Shown: positions 1 through 12,745 of the stretch, piece by piece
How the letters are laid out: each line of letters starts with the position of its first letter
How positions within the stretch are numbered: the first letter of the stretch is position 1
Source: Octopus sinensis
Lineage: Eukaryota
Length of the DNA: 35,513 bases
Direction: 5' to 3'
Assembly (NCBI RefSeq): GCF_006345805.1
Contig: NW_021826281.1
Coordinates: 1-35,513, forward strand
The notes under the pieces: generated by a model
The model's database searches: none
Told to the model about the DNA's origin: nothing
What the model saw: the letters and a program-made list of their open reading frames with translations, nothing else
Position numbers and translations under genes: made by a program

Positions 1-120
1 GTATTTATCTATCTGTCTAGCTGTCTGTTTATCTATGTATCTATCCGCCAGTCTATCTATCTGTGCCTTTATCTGCCTATCTGCCTACATCTCTCTACCT
101 GTCTAATAATCTATCCATGC
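1..120. repeat. Degenerate (TATC/TGTC)n
   Basis: Visible tetranucleotide periodicity. Confidence 0.8.
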
Positions 121-1080
121 ATGTATGTAAGTTCCTATATGGGCTCTATGAATAGTTGTGTTTACAGTCGTGGTGCAAGTTTTCAATAGCTAATGTTGGA
201 TTATACAATATACTTGTAGTCGAATATTGTAAAATCTTAGCGTTGCCTTTCATGTTACAGACTGTTGAACGGAATAGCATAACGATATTGCATGGCAATA
301 TAAAATTAAAGTTTGCAAAACATCATTATATTTTAGGTCGTAGAAGATGAAGATGTGATTAGTAACCCAGAATTCGTTAGAAAAGCGTCATATGTTCCTT
401 GCTTCAAGTGTCATTCGCAAATGTATTGAGCTACTCAACTACTGAAATACAAAAATTGATGACGTTTCTAAATCTTCAATAAAATATATATATACGAAGC
501 AGATGTCGGGTGGATACTGTCTATTGAAAACTAAGTTTTAATATCGATGAATAAATAAATATTTTCATTGGAAACATTTCTTATCTGACGTGTACGAAGG
601 AACATATATTTGTAATAACTACAATTGTTTCTGCGTAACGTGCTGCTCCACGTTCATATATATATGGTAGTATAAACAATGACCTACCGATTCCGTAGTT
701 TTGTTCAGAGAAATAAATAGTAAGGCTGATTTAATTATTAAAGGCTGAGTTAATTCTACGGATGGTGTGATAATTTAAGAATAATTTATTTTCATTAATT
801 ACAATGAATACACTTTTTACTGTCGATCTATGTGTGTGCGAACGCACGTGCTCGTGTCGCTGATCGTGTGTTTGTATGTTAGTATCTGTGAGTGTGAGAG
901 AGCATTCAGATGCAATATTTATCTTCTGTTCTATGTAATGCTTATTGTTATGTGCTGTATTGTAATGATATAATAGACAAATTATGTATTGTGACGCTGC
1001 TTTAGTTGGGAAGCCGCCAACATATCTAAGCATGATATACATGCTACTCCATTCCGGTAACCAGTAACGGAAGCCATTTA

Positions 1081-1190
1081 TATATGTTTGTGTGTGTATA
1101 TACGTATATATATATGCACACACATACACGCGCGCACACACACACACACATGTGCATATACGTACTCCTGTGGACTAAACACCCATAATT

Positions 1191-1222
<32 letters not shown>

Positions 1223-1445
1223 CACACACATCACACGCATATACATATATGTATGTAAATTAAATTATTCTGTATGCATATACCTATATACATACATACA
1301 TACACACACACACAAATATATACATACATACATATATGTATGTGTGTTGTGCATGGGTGTATGTATATATGTATATACACACCTGCGCGAAATCACATGC
1401 ACGCAATTACACACACACATATAGACACAGATAGATAGATAGATA
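1081..1445. repeat. Compound microsatellite (TA, CA, TACA, GATA)
   Basis: Direct reading of the sequence. Confidence 0.9.
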
Positions 1446-1704
1446 TCCAAATTGCTCGTTGGCCACATTGAGAGGAAATTTATTTAGCCAGTCGAATTAA
1501 AACAGTGATTAATATATTATCACTTCCAGGATGCTTGCAATTATTGTTATCATTTCAATGGTACAATAGTTTAGTTCATATATATTTGATTAATGAACAA
1601 GCAAACGCGAAGGTACGAGTTTCACTGGCAAATAATGGCCTCTTACTTTTAGTTTTGCTGTTTGGGGATCCACTGATGATATGTGACAATGTCACAGAAT
1701 GGTT

Positions 1705-2048
1705 CAAGACTCTAATCGAGAAAAGAATAAGGAAATTAGAGAAGAAATCATTAGACTATATAGCATTTATTATTGGTGCAGGTGTGGCTGACGCGGTAAG
1801 AAGCTTGCTGCGTAACCATATGGTTCCCATTTCAGTTCTATTGCGTATCACCTTTGGCAAGTGTCTTTTACTATATCCAAGACTCTAATCGAGAAAAGAA
1901 TAAAGAAATTAGAGAAGAAATCATTAGACTATATAGCATTTATTATTGGTGCTGGTGTGACTGATGCGGTAAAAAGTTTGCTGCGTAACCGTATCGTTCC
2001 GATTTCAGTTCTATTGCGTATCACCTTTGGCAAGTGTCTTTTTACTAT
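1705..2048 (+). repeat. Tandem duplication, ~173-bp unit x2
   Basis: CAAGACTCTAATCGAGAAAAGAATAA...GGCAAGTGTCTTTT(T)ACTAT starts at 1705 and again at 1878; about 9 substitutions and 1 indel by manual comparison. Confidence 0.95.
1775..1874 (+). mobile_element. SINE family B, 5' part (tRNA-like head), copy 1 of a local tandem duplication
   Basis: GGTGCAGGTGTGGCTG..GGTAAG..GGTTCC..TTCAGT..CACCTTTGGCAAGTGTCTT aligns by eye to the head of the intact copy at 28259-28650 (minus). Confidence 0.8.
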
Positions 2049-2206
2049 GTCCTCGCGCGTCAAAAGCCTTAGGAATACATTTGGTTGAAATAAAGAAGAA
2101 GAAACCAGTCATATATATATACATATGTATATTTGTGTTTGAAAGTTTGTGTGCTTTTGTGGCCGTGTTTATCCCTCACAACATTTTATAAGCAGTGTTT
2201 TAGTGT
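1948..2206 (+). mobile_element. SINE family B, degenerate 5' half plus internal microsatellite
   Basis: Same head as 1775-1874, continuing into AAAAGCCTT..GATTTGG-like sequence, a TA/TG tract and a decayed start of the 3' module. Confidence 0.75.
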
Positions 2207-2387
2207 TGAGGCCCCAGTACGTTAATGATATGAAAATGGCTGTTTGAATACGTTTCGGCTTTCAATAATTCTAATTTCTTCATTGCAAGTTCGGCAGTAT
2301 TTCTCCTGATTGCTCAGTAAAGCTTCACGGAATCAAAGCGACTATGAGCACTTGAGCTGAGTGACTTGTAATATTTTCAGACAGTAA

Positions 2388-2608
2388 GGCGTTGAGCTGG
2401 CAGAAACGTTAGCGCACCCAGCGAAATGCTTAGCGGTATTTCGTTTGTCTTTTCGTTCTGAGTTCAAATTCCGCCGAGGTCAACTTCACGTTTCATCCCT
2501 TCCGAGCCGATAAATTAACTACCAGTTTCGTACTGGAGTCGATCTAATCGACTGGCCCCTCCTCCCAAAAAATTGTCGGGCCTTGTACCTAGAATAGAAA
2601 AGAATATT
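2388..2608 (+). mobile_element. SINE family A (tRNA-derived), near full length with TSD
   Basis: GGCG..GAGCTGGCAGAA A-box-like and GAGTTCAAATTCC B-box-like motifs; at least 7 related copies in the window; 18-bp flanking direct repeat AATATTTTCAGA(C/T)AG(T/C)AA at 2370-2387 and 2603-2620. Confidence 0.9.
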
Positions 2609-3084
2609 TTCAGATAGCAAAATGTATTTGAAAGTCAGTTAGCATCCATTTCTAACTAGATATGATGCAACCATATAAAACTCTTTTATATTCAAATCTG
2701 GAAGCTTATGCTAGTTTTTACTTATCCAATGCATTCGTCATCGACTCAATAACTGGACGTAAATACAGCATTATTGAGAAAATATATTACACATTCACTC
2801 ACAATTTATTGCTTTGTCAGTAAATAATCAAGGGAGACAACTGTTCATCTATTTCTAATATATGATGACCTCATCACAGAGGCATAATATATGCTGAATT
2901 ACTTACTCGTGATGAAAGGTATACGCGGCTTAATCACTAGGCAAGGACTGATATTTTAAATGTGTGATAAATAAAGAAATCAACTGTTTTCCAGCTTCGA
3001 TGAACATTCTCCTCCCCTATAAACATACTTTTTAAACACATTCATATATACTTATACACATTCACACATACATTCATCGATAAA

Positions 3085-3757
<673 letters not shown>

Positions 3758-4239
3758 ATGTATATTTACTTCGTTACTTGTAAAGCGCAGAGGCGCAGCA
3801 AAAGTGGTGATTCCAATTACGGGTGTCATCCAACCGTAAATATATGAGATTGTACTGCATGCTACTTGGTCACTTCATTAGCAGTGACAGTTGCATGTTT
3901 CACCTCAGTGGACACAGTATCATTTGCTTCACCTCACTCTACATGCTTTGAAGAAACCCAGCTGCATCGCAGTAAGATAAACAGAGCCAACATTAAATTG
4001 ATATCTACCTAATTAGAAAAGACCAGTTCGCACAATGCAGCGTATTATGATGACCAGAGAGCAATATAGTTTGACCGATATATATGTGTATATGCAAGTG
4101 TATGTATGTATGTAAGTATGTATGTATTTGTGTATGTAGCTTTATTACTAGATTTTTGCGCTAATGGATAAATAGCCAAGTTCTAAACAACATACAATGC
4201 TCCTTTATTGGAATTAGCACATCAACAGGTTCTTGTATA

Positions 4240-4690
4240 TATAAACTTAGAAATATGTGTGTGTTTCTGTGTTTCTGTGTGTGTGTGTGTGTGTGTTTGT
4301 GTTTTTCTGGTGTGTGTGTGTAAGCATTTATGTATTTAGGAATGAATGTATATATTTTTTTGAAATTTCTCACCGATGACGAAAGAGCCGTTTTCTAGAG
4401 ATCAAAGCTTTTTCACTGGAATGTAACATCAACGTCCAGTTGTGTGTATGTGTGGATATGTGCAAGAATTTGGGGTCAGTGCATGCGTAGATCCTGATGT
4501 TTTATGTACTGATATATAATTATATATATATATATATATTTGCATACGTTTGTATGTTTTCATGTTTGTGTATTTGTGAGTATACCTATAATTGCCTGCG
4601 TGCACGTGAGTGTGTGTGTGCCTATGTGTGTTCGCACTCCTGTGTGTACGCCTGTATGTGTGTGTGTGTGTATGTGTGTGCGTGCGTGTG
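4240..4690. repeat. Degenerate (GT)n/(TA)n tracts
   Basis: Direct reading; interrupted by unique sequence at ~4365-4500. Confidence 0.8.
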
Positions 4691-5093
4691 CCTGAATGTA
4701 AAGAGACAGGCAGTTAAATAGAATGTGTGCACTCACTTTTCGACTCTGAAACCCATGCTTTCCTTCAGACAGGCACTCTCTCATCTGCATAATGTCGAAA
4801 TTTCCTCACATGCAAATCTTCCTCTCACTCATTCCCGGCTTACTTGTTCATTACTCCATTTGCTCATGCACTGAAACCTTCAGTTTCACATCACTCATAG
4901 CTTCACTAACTGTATCACACACTAACTCAATCCCTCTTTGACTCACACACTCAAGCACTCTCTCACACTCTCATTTACCCTATCACTCATTGTGTGTTTC
5001 TTCAATCACTTTAGTCTTACTCATTCAATTTTTCTTTTGTCGATCTCTTTCAGAACAAACTTCTTTAACTGGGGACAGAGAATCTCTATAAGG

Positions 5094-5344
5094 CAGTGGT
5101 TCTCAACCATATTTTGCTCCTTTAATCCTGTTCCATTCTCCTAGGGCCTCATAGTCATTCGATGTTTAAAGACTAGTATCATATTTTTTTTTATAATCAA
5201 ATATTAGTAGGGAATGTATAAAAGAAATTTTCAAAAATATTTTGTGGAACGTTGAAGTATAACCAATTACTTTCAAGTAAATTTTAACAACAAAACCTCA
5301 TGTTGACCTCAAGACGCGATAAGAACCACGATCGAGAGCCTCTG
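5094..5344. mobile_element. Probable non-autonomous hAT (Charlie-like) element, degenerate
   Basis: Begins CAGTGGTTCTCAACC, a typical hAT/Charlie terminus; ends GATCGAGAGCCTCTG, 11/15 identical to its reverse complement. No 8-bp TSD survives. Confidence 0.45.
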
Positions 5345-5507
5345 ACGTAATAGCTTGACATCTGCAAAACTGCAACCGAGTAACACTTAGCTGTCCACAC
5401 TACTACATTAGAAAGTAACACGTCTGATAATATGATTTCGGGCGTCGTGCTCATAAGGAAAGCAAACAATAACAAATGAAACGCCTTTGATCATGGGCGT
5501 GCTCAAC

Positions 5508-5764
5508 CGTATCATAAAAATTGTTCGAAAACAAATATTCGAAAGCAATTATTCGAAAAACAGTTATTCGAAATAAATATCATTTGTGTACTTGATTTTT
5601 AATTGTATCACTTTTTTTAAAAATAAAAATAAAAATTAGAATAATTAACATTTCGTATAATTGTACGTTTGAAAATATTTTCATTCGTGCAATTATCCAT
5701 TCGAATAAATGTGTTTCGATTAATCGTTTTCGAAAAGTTATTTTCGAACAATGTTCACATAATC
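5508..5764. mobile_element. MITE with long imperfect TIRs built from TTCGAA subrepeats and an 8-bp TSD
   Basis: 5520-5572 vs reverse complement of 5700-5752: 45/53 identical with no gaps. TGCTCAAC direct repeat at 5500-5507 and 5765-5772, each exactly 12 bp outside the matched arm. Confidence 0.8.
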
Positions 5765-6319
5765 TGCTCAACGATAGATGACCTCGGATTAAACACAACC
5801 TGTTTTATTTGGAACATTGGCAGGGAATATTCACTATGTGGTCCTTCTGCATTACAAAAAATAGTAACAAAATCTGCTTCTATTCACATCTTGCCTTCTT
5901 AGAAGAAACATAGCATATTTATTACCATCGGTGATAGTCAGTTTGGGACTTCCTTTGATCGTAGATTTAATCGATCAAGGTAGACTTTAGATGAAATAAC
6001 AAGAGTATCTTGTATAGCGCTATTTAAGTATGTCAATCAATACTAAGCTCCCTTAGTGAATTTCCCTTCATGCCCTTCCCCTACTATTGTAATGGTAAGT
6101 AATATTACCATTCCTCATTCTTCTGCTTCACACCCTCTTTAGTGCCCATCATATTGCTCTTAATACAATTAAACCGTCATTGAACAGACCACATTCACCT
6201 AGTTTCTCTTCATCTTTTCCTTCTATTTTTATTTCCTGCACATTCATGCATGATCTCCCCTCCACATCATCTACGCCGTACATCTCTCTCTAAATATGTT
6301 GTTGTCCTCGTATTTCAAA

Positions 6320-6530
6320 CAGCGAACTGGCAACATGGTTATCACAGCACACAGAATGCATTACAGGTATTTCGTACATCCTTATGTCGTAAGTTCAAAT
6401 GCTGAAGAAGCTAACTTTGGCCATCATGATTTCAGGGTTCGATAAAATAAGTACCAGTTGAATACTGACGTGGATTTAATCGACTTCCCCACCTTTCATA
6501 TTTGCTGGTTATCGTGCCAAAATAATTATT
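6320..6530 (+). mobile_element. SINE family A, old diverged copy
   Basis: GCGAACTGGCA..GGTATTTCGT..AAGTTCAAAT..TCGATAAAATAAGTACCAGTTGAATACTG..TAATCGACTT is colinear with 2388-2608. Confidence 0.75.
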
Positions 6531-6547
6531 TCCTAACAAAAAGGTCA

Positions 6548-6683
6548 CTCTCTTTCTCTCTGTCTGTCTGTCTGTCTCTGTCTGTCTGTTTCTCTCTCTC
6601 CCTCTCTCCTTCTCCGTTGCTGGTTTTCACTTTATCTGTTCTTGCTTTTTTCCAGTCGTCTTGATCTATTTGCCGATCAGTCA

Positions 6684-6750
<67 letters not shown>
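6548..6750. repeat. (CT)n/(CTGT)n followed by pure (TATC)n at 6684-6750
   Basis: Direct reading of the sequence. Confidence 0.95.
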
Positions 6751-6752
<2 letters not shown>

Positions 6753-6814
6753 AGTCTCTCCGCTATACATCTCAACTCAATACATCTCAAACTGCCAATC
6801 ATCAATCACCAATA

Positions 6815-6950
6815 TTCAAACACCAATAACGAAACAACTAACTACGAACACCACAACACCACCTTCACCAGCACCGCCACCAACACCACCTTCACCAATT
6901 TCCCACCACCACCAACAACAACAACAGCAACGACAACATGAACAACCCCG
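6815..6950. repeat. Degenerate (ACC/AAC)n trinucleotide low-complexity tract
   Basis: CACCACCAACAACAACAACAGCAAC etc. Confidence 0.8.
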
Positions 6951-7214
6951 ACATACTACCGTATCTTCTCCCCCGTCTCATTTCTCTTAGACAATAACTA
7001 TAAATAACTGAAGGAGAAACACGCCTCCGTACCGAGATAAAGTTCTTTTCTGCAAGTTTCTATATTCTAATAATCTAAAGGTTAAATGGTGCGTGAAATG
7101 TTCCAATTGTTTTTACAGACTTGTCGGTATCTCTGAAATACAGGCTAAGAAACTTACGGAATTGGGTAACAAGTGGACTATCTGCTTTCACTGAACAAAT
7201 TAACTATTTTGTTT

Positions 7215-7363
7215 ACATATATGTGTATGCGTGTGTGTGTGAGAGAGGTGTGTGTGTGTGTATGCATACGCACATTATATACATATATATATAGGTATAT
7301 TACATATATCTATATACATACATATATATTATATGTATGTATGTATGTGTATGTATAAGTGTA

Positions 7364-7407
<44 letters not shown>

Positions 7408-7600
7408 TATGCACTGAATGATACATACATACATAGGCACAGTTACACACACGGACACATATATGTATGTATTTATATTTATCTGTGTGTGTGTGAGTGC
7501 TTGTGTCTATTATATATATATGTGTGTGTGTGTATGTATGTATATATGTGTGTGTGTGTGCATATGTGCTGGTCAGTACGTGCATCTATTTCTTTGTGTG
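7215..7600. repeat. Compound TA/GT/TATG microsatellite
   Basis: Direct reading of the sequence. Confidence 0.9.
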
Positions 7601-8749
7601 TCAAAATGTTTTTAAAATGTACGTCTCTCTCTATATGCCTGTGTAACCGTAATTGTCTGTAGGCCAGCATATAATCCTATATGTCTGTATAAATATGATG
7701 CTCCAACGTGGCCTTTGCACCTGATTGTTAAAAGAAACTAAAGAAAATATAATCACATCTTAACTTGTGTAAACAAATTATTTTCTACGCGCTGAAAGTA
7801 CTCAATGACAACCTAAATATTAAAGGGAGTCAGTCGTAAGGAATATGAACGAACTAAAACACCAAGGATCCATTTTAGATTAGACATTCAAAGTAGAGAC
7901 GTTTTTACTTACATCATCGTATTTCTTTTACGACTAACAACTTTGTTTCTTCTCCTCCCGCTTCAGTATAGATAAAGGCATTCTCACAGTATATCATGCT
8001 ATACATATCAGTCAATCTCACGTAGGATTCTGATTGAAAAAAAAAAAAGCGGGAAAAATGCATCGCAATTTATGCGATTATATCTCTCGGTGTAAATACC
8101 GCGGAAATCATAAAAAGTGAAGGAAAACAACCGAACAGAAAGATCGAGATCGTATTAGTAGGACATATCTAATATAAATTATATGAATCTCTACACTCGC
8201 ATTTTGCATTGAGTTCGGTTTATCAATGTAGTGTATTTCGCTTGGAGTTATATGTCCATATTATTCATTCGTGGGCGCGCGTGTGCATGTTCACGTGTGT
8301 ATAACTTCAATAGCTCATTAGCTCTCACGAACGAGTGAAACATGCTCAATACTACTGGATTATACAATAATTTATCGAAAAACAGAATAATTTATTTATG
8401 GACTTTCGTCCATGGTTTTCCTCGTTTATCAGACTGTTGTGGTTAAATTCACACTACTGTGACGACGGTGTCGTAGCACACAGAAATTGTTGAAAATGCA
8501 AGTCGTTGTGTGTATAGACATTTAGTAGAAAACATCGAGTGACGCGGAGAGAGGCTAGCAATTCGACTGGTAGTTACCCGGACATAAAGTATATAGTGGA
8601 TGACCACAGCTAAAATCTTTTTCATATACTCATGATTATCTTTTTTCATGCATTAGAAGATGTGTGATGATTCATAAGAAATCAAAACGACTACGTTTTG
8701 ATTTCTTATTTCTCGATGTATTTATTCTTTTAATATTAATGGTGAAAGT

Positions 8750-8928
8750 AGGTCAGCGAACTAGAAGAATCTTTACTCCGCTGGACAGAATCCTTAGAGG
8801 GGTCGATTCTGGCTTTTATCTTTCCTGGGTCGATAAAATAAGTATCAGTTATGCAAAGAGGGGTCGATGTAATCGACTTGCAACGGTACCCGAAACTGAT
8901 GTCCTTGTGCTAAAATTTAAATGTAATA
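8750..8928 (+). mobile_element. SINE family A, internally deleted
   Basis: GCGAACTAGAAGAATC head, then GGTCGATTCTGGCTTTTATCTTTCCTGGGTCGATAAAATAAGTATCAG..GGGGTCGATGTAATCGACTT. Confidence 0.75.
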
Positions 8929-10440
8929 TTAACGGTAAATGTGAGTTGAGACAGAACTTTCTTCAGCTTGGCGAATAGAGATTAAAGTCTGAGATTTTAC
9001 AAGCAATTCAAGAATTACTTGAATGATGAGTAGAATAATTACTATAGCAATTGTGTATCGTAATTATTTATTTGACCCTTCAGGTAGGAAGTGCAAATAG
9101 CAGAGTATGCACGAGGATTATAAATTAGAAATCACAAAACAGCCGTTTCACTTTGAGCGTGAATAACAACGCATTCAGGCCAATGTTTTTCAGTTTTATA
9201 GTTCAATATTATCTCTCGCATATACAAAACCTTGAAGGTTTAGAAAAGAATTCCATGTATAAGATAGAGGTGACGTAAAAAGCACACTGTTCGCCCTCAA
9301 AATGCTCTACCGCCTTTAAAACTGACTGTCAAATATGAAGACAGATTTGGTCTTGCTCTTCTATATTTTCTTAAGACGTGGTGGAAGCGGTTGGTATGGT
9401 TTTGATCATAGATGTGTTTGGTCAATGGTGGCTCTGAATACGAATAATATTATCTGTAACAACGAGAACAAAATGATCATCAGTAAACTGAAGAAAAGAA
9501 AAAAAAAATGCTGTATATATAAAAAAAGTTATTATCAACCCGGAACATCCGTTCCAACGGAGATTGATAGAGGAAGCAAGACAAATAACAAACATTAATT
9601 CGGCGAACAATTGCTCTATACAACGCTTCTTTTGAGACACGAACACACAAACTGCCATAGTTAACCTCTTCAACTCTTCTACCAATAGGCTCAATATGTT
9701 GAAAGAAACTTCATTGTTGTTGCCGCCGCCGCCTCCGCCGTCGTGGTCGTCATCTTTTCATAGTCATCGTTGTCTAAGTCGTCGTCATCGTCGTTGACCT
9801 TATTGATATTGTTGTGGCAGCTGCGTTGGTGGTGTTCGTAGAGGCAGTAGAGACGTTACATTTTCTTAGAATACGTTTCTTTCACGTTATAGGTGACGTC
9901 GTTGGCTTTTAATAGCGTGAAAACACTCTTAAGGAATGATCCACTTAGGAGGGGGTGTTTTTTTCTGTAAATCATCCTTATATCTTTTTCGCCTTTACTT
10001 TTGTGTATTTCTTTCTTGCATTCTTTGAAATACACCGACATTTATTCGTTCGTTCTATTCAACATATCGTAATTCATATTCAGTGACAATTGGTTTATTG
10101 TAGCAAACAACTGCGTGACACGTGTCTAGTTGGTTACTGTCCCACATATCAATTTGGCCAGGCGATCCTGTGTGTTTTTATCTACCTAGTTTAGCAATTT
10201 TATGAAAATATTGTTTCTTCTTTTATTCCCTTACGTGCTTCAGTCATTGAAGTGCGATGGCAGGGCACCACCGAAAAGGGTTTGGTCGATCATATCGATG
10301 CTAGTAACTATCTTTAACCTGTTGTCTATTTTATCAGCAACTCTGTCGAACTGCGCGCGCATACGTACAAACGTACACACATACATATGGACATACGTAG
10401 ATAGACAGACTAAGAGATCGTTCAATCGCTCGCTAGATCG

Positions 10441-10577
<137 letters not shown>

Positions 10578-10679
10578 TGCAGAGCTTCGACAAAAGTACC
10601 GACTGCTAAATTCACTCACGAAGCATAAATCAACCTAATGCTATTGTGGATGGATGGCATTTTACTAATGTGCCGAGCG

Positions 10680-10740
10680 TGAGAATGGAAACCGAATGCT
10701 CATGCATTGAACCGAATCCCTTAACCACACATCCATATCA
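10680..10740 (-). mobile_element. Decayed SINE tRNA-like head fragment
   Basis: Reverse complement reads GGATGTGTGGTTAAG...TTCGGTTTCCATTCTC, resembling the family B head. Confidence 0.35.
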
Positions 10741-11009
10741 TATTAGATGTTTCGTAGTCTGATTAGAATGAGGTATTAACGTCAATCAAGTTTTCTGCTT
10801 TAAACAGTCAAGACATTTCTAGCCAGTACTTTAAATTCGTCGTGGCGTTTGGATTACGAACTAGTTCCAGCATTGTCAGCCTCCATTAGCTTGCAAGAAC
10901 AGCTGAACGTATCCCGCCAAATTATTTAACACCGGCAAAACTTCGCAAAGAAAAAAAAATGTGTTTTAGTTTGCTTATAGTGATTTGGTTGTATTTTACG
11001 TGCAACCCA

Positions 11010-11170
11010 AGGCGGTGAGCTGGCAGACTCGATATCAAAATGCTTAGCGGCATTTCATCCGTCTTTACTTCCTCAATTCAATTTCCGCTAGGTCTTCTCT
11101 GTTTTCGGGGTCGATGAGCTGTTGAGCACTGGTGTAATCGATTTATCGCATTTCTTGAATTTACTGGTCT
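11010..11170 (+). mobile_element. SINE family A, diverged and deleted
   Basis: AAGGCGGTGAGCTGGCAGA..AAATGCTTAGCGGCATTTC..TTCGGGGTCGAT..GAGCACTGGTG. Confidence 0.75.
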
Positions 11171-11444
11171 TCAGTTGTATATGGTGTTTGTTGCATTGGG
11201 TGTGCTACCACACCCAGTGCCATCAAATTTCAAGTATGTGTATGACAAAAGTTTTCCATTAAGATATGTGATTAAATTAACGAGTAAGATTAAAATTTAT
11301 ATTAGATTTGACATTTTCGATGGATGCACATCGCAGACCTAGCACATCTGGAATATACGCCCCTGGTAGCCTTCTGCCAAAACTTTAAATTATTGTAAGG
11401 TTGAAGCTCAATATAAAGTGTAATGGAGTGAAAGATATACGGTA

Positions 11445-11535
11445 AAAGGTATAAAGTACCATACATAAACTACGGATGATAAAATCGACTTGCCCCTCCC
11501 CTAACATCTCCGGGTTTGTGACTATATTACGCCAA
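11445..11535 (+). mobile_element. SINE family A 3' fragment
   Basis: AAAGTACC..GATAAAATCGACTTGCCCCTCCCC..GGGTTTGTGAC matches the family A tail. Confidence 0.45.
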
Positions 11536-12374
11536 TTGAACGCACACATATTCAGAAGCATGTTATACATAAACTGTAGCACCAGAATTTCGAATTTTTA
11601 GCTCAGATCGTAAATCTGGAATGCAAATTATTCTATAACTTTTCTTAGAATATTTCACTGTACAAAACGAAGGACATACGACTGAATGGCGATTTGTGGC
11701 ATTTAGTTTCACGCCTGATCGTCCAGTTTGCTAGATTTTAGAGGAAAATTTTTAAGAGAAGATAGTCCACTGTCTTAAGTGCCAGTTTGGCACATACTAA
11801 AGTTTCGACGGTATGCATCGTAGGCAACTGATTTTTGTCTGTGTCCGTGTATGGAAACAAAAACAATTACGGTATGGAAGACATATATTAGGCATTAAAA
11901 ACTACACAACGTCTGTCAACTTCACTTAAACATTTATTGCTGTGTAACAAAATTGTTACTGCATTAACAGCGACCCTGTCACAGACGCGATTCCAGTGCT
12001 CTAAAATATACAACACCGCGGTATACCAAAATAATGTTCCATGTAGCAAGCTGGGTACAACTGAAAATGCTTTCATCACAGGTTTTGCTTCACAGGGATT
12101 CATATGGATTGAAGAAGAAATATCAATCGCAATCATTATCAACAGAAATTCGTACATGAATAAAATCTGCGAACTTCACCTTTATTTTCAACATTTCATA
12201 TATAGTATCGCGTTCATATTTATTTGAACGTTTACAGGTTTCTTACACCAGACTGATTAATAAAATCAGTGAAAGGGAATCGCTTTGGGAGGTCTAAGGT
12301 CATTTGATCTCTCAAATAAGATTTAATCAATTATTGGAAAGTCTATAATACGATACAAACGACTAACATGCTCA

Positions 12375-12435
12375 AATATATATTATATATATATATATAT
12401 ACGTCCGTACATATACACATACATTCATATATATA

Positions 12436-12484
<49 letters not shown>

Positions 12485-12542
12485 ATATATGTATATATGC
12501 AGCTATATATATATGCGTACGTACATATGTACATACATTCAT

Positions 12543-12575
<33 letters not shown>

Positions 12576-12612
12576 CCATACATATATAAATATACATATA
12601 TGTGTGCATGTA

Positions 12613-12702
<90 letters not shown>

Positions 12703-12706
12703 ATAT

Positions 12707-12745
<39 letters not shown>
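12375..12745. repeat. Compound (TA)n/(CA)n
   Basis: Direct reading; contains a higher-order duplicated motif at 12402-12434 and 12516-12548. Confidence 0.95.

Noticed and set aside
1505-2088. Two ORFs with near-identical peptides (KTLIEKRI..FGKCL), suggesting a gene duplication
   Set aside because: Explained by the 173-bp tandem duplication; the shared peptide is largely SINE head sequence.
2245-2275. ACGTTTCGGC motif resembling a Penelope hammerhead end
   Set aside because: No stem II and no CUGANGA core can be built.
2388-2475. tRNA-like A/B boxes in the SINE heads as possible tRNA genes
   Set aside because: No cloverleaf or acceptor stem, and they continue into SINE bodies.
6642-6990. 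Pro/Thr/Gln/His-rich ORFs resembling a transcription-factor low-complexity domain
   Set aside because: They start inside (TATC)n, consist of degenerate ACC/AAC repeats, and lack convincing splice sites.
7912-8030. Several isolated GTAAGT donor-like sites on the minus strand (2901-2906, ~7908, ~28688)
   Set aside because: The upstream frames are short or stop before the donor, and there is no recognisable homology.
9715-9850. Asp/Ala/Thr-rich frames from GCC/GTC/CAT trinucleotides
   Set aside because: Mixed trinucleotide low-complexity sequence with stops in every frame nearby.
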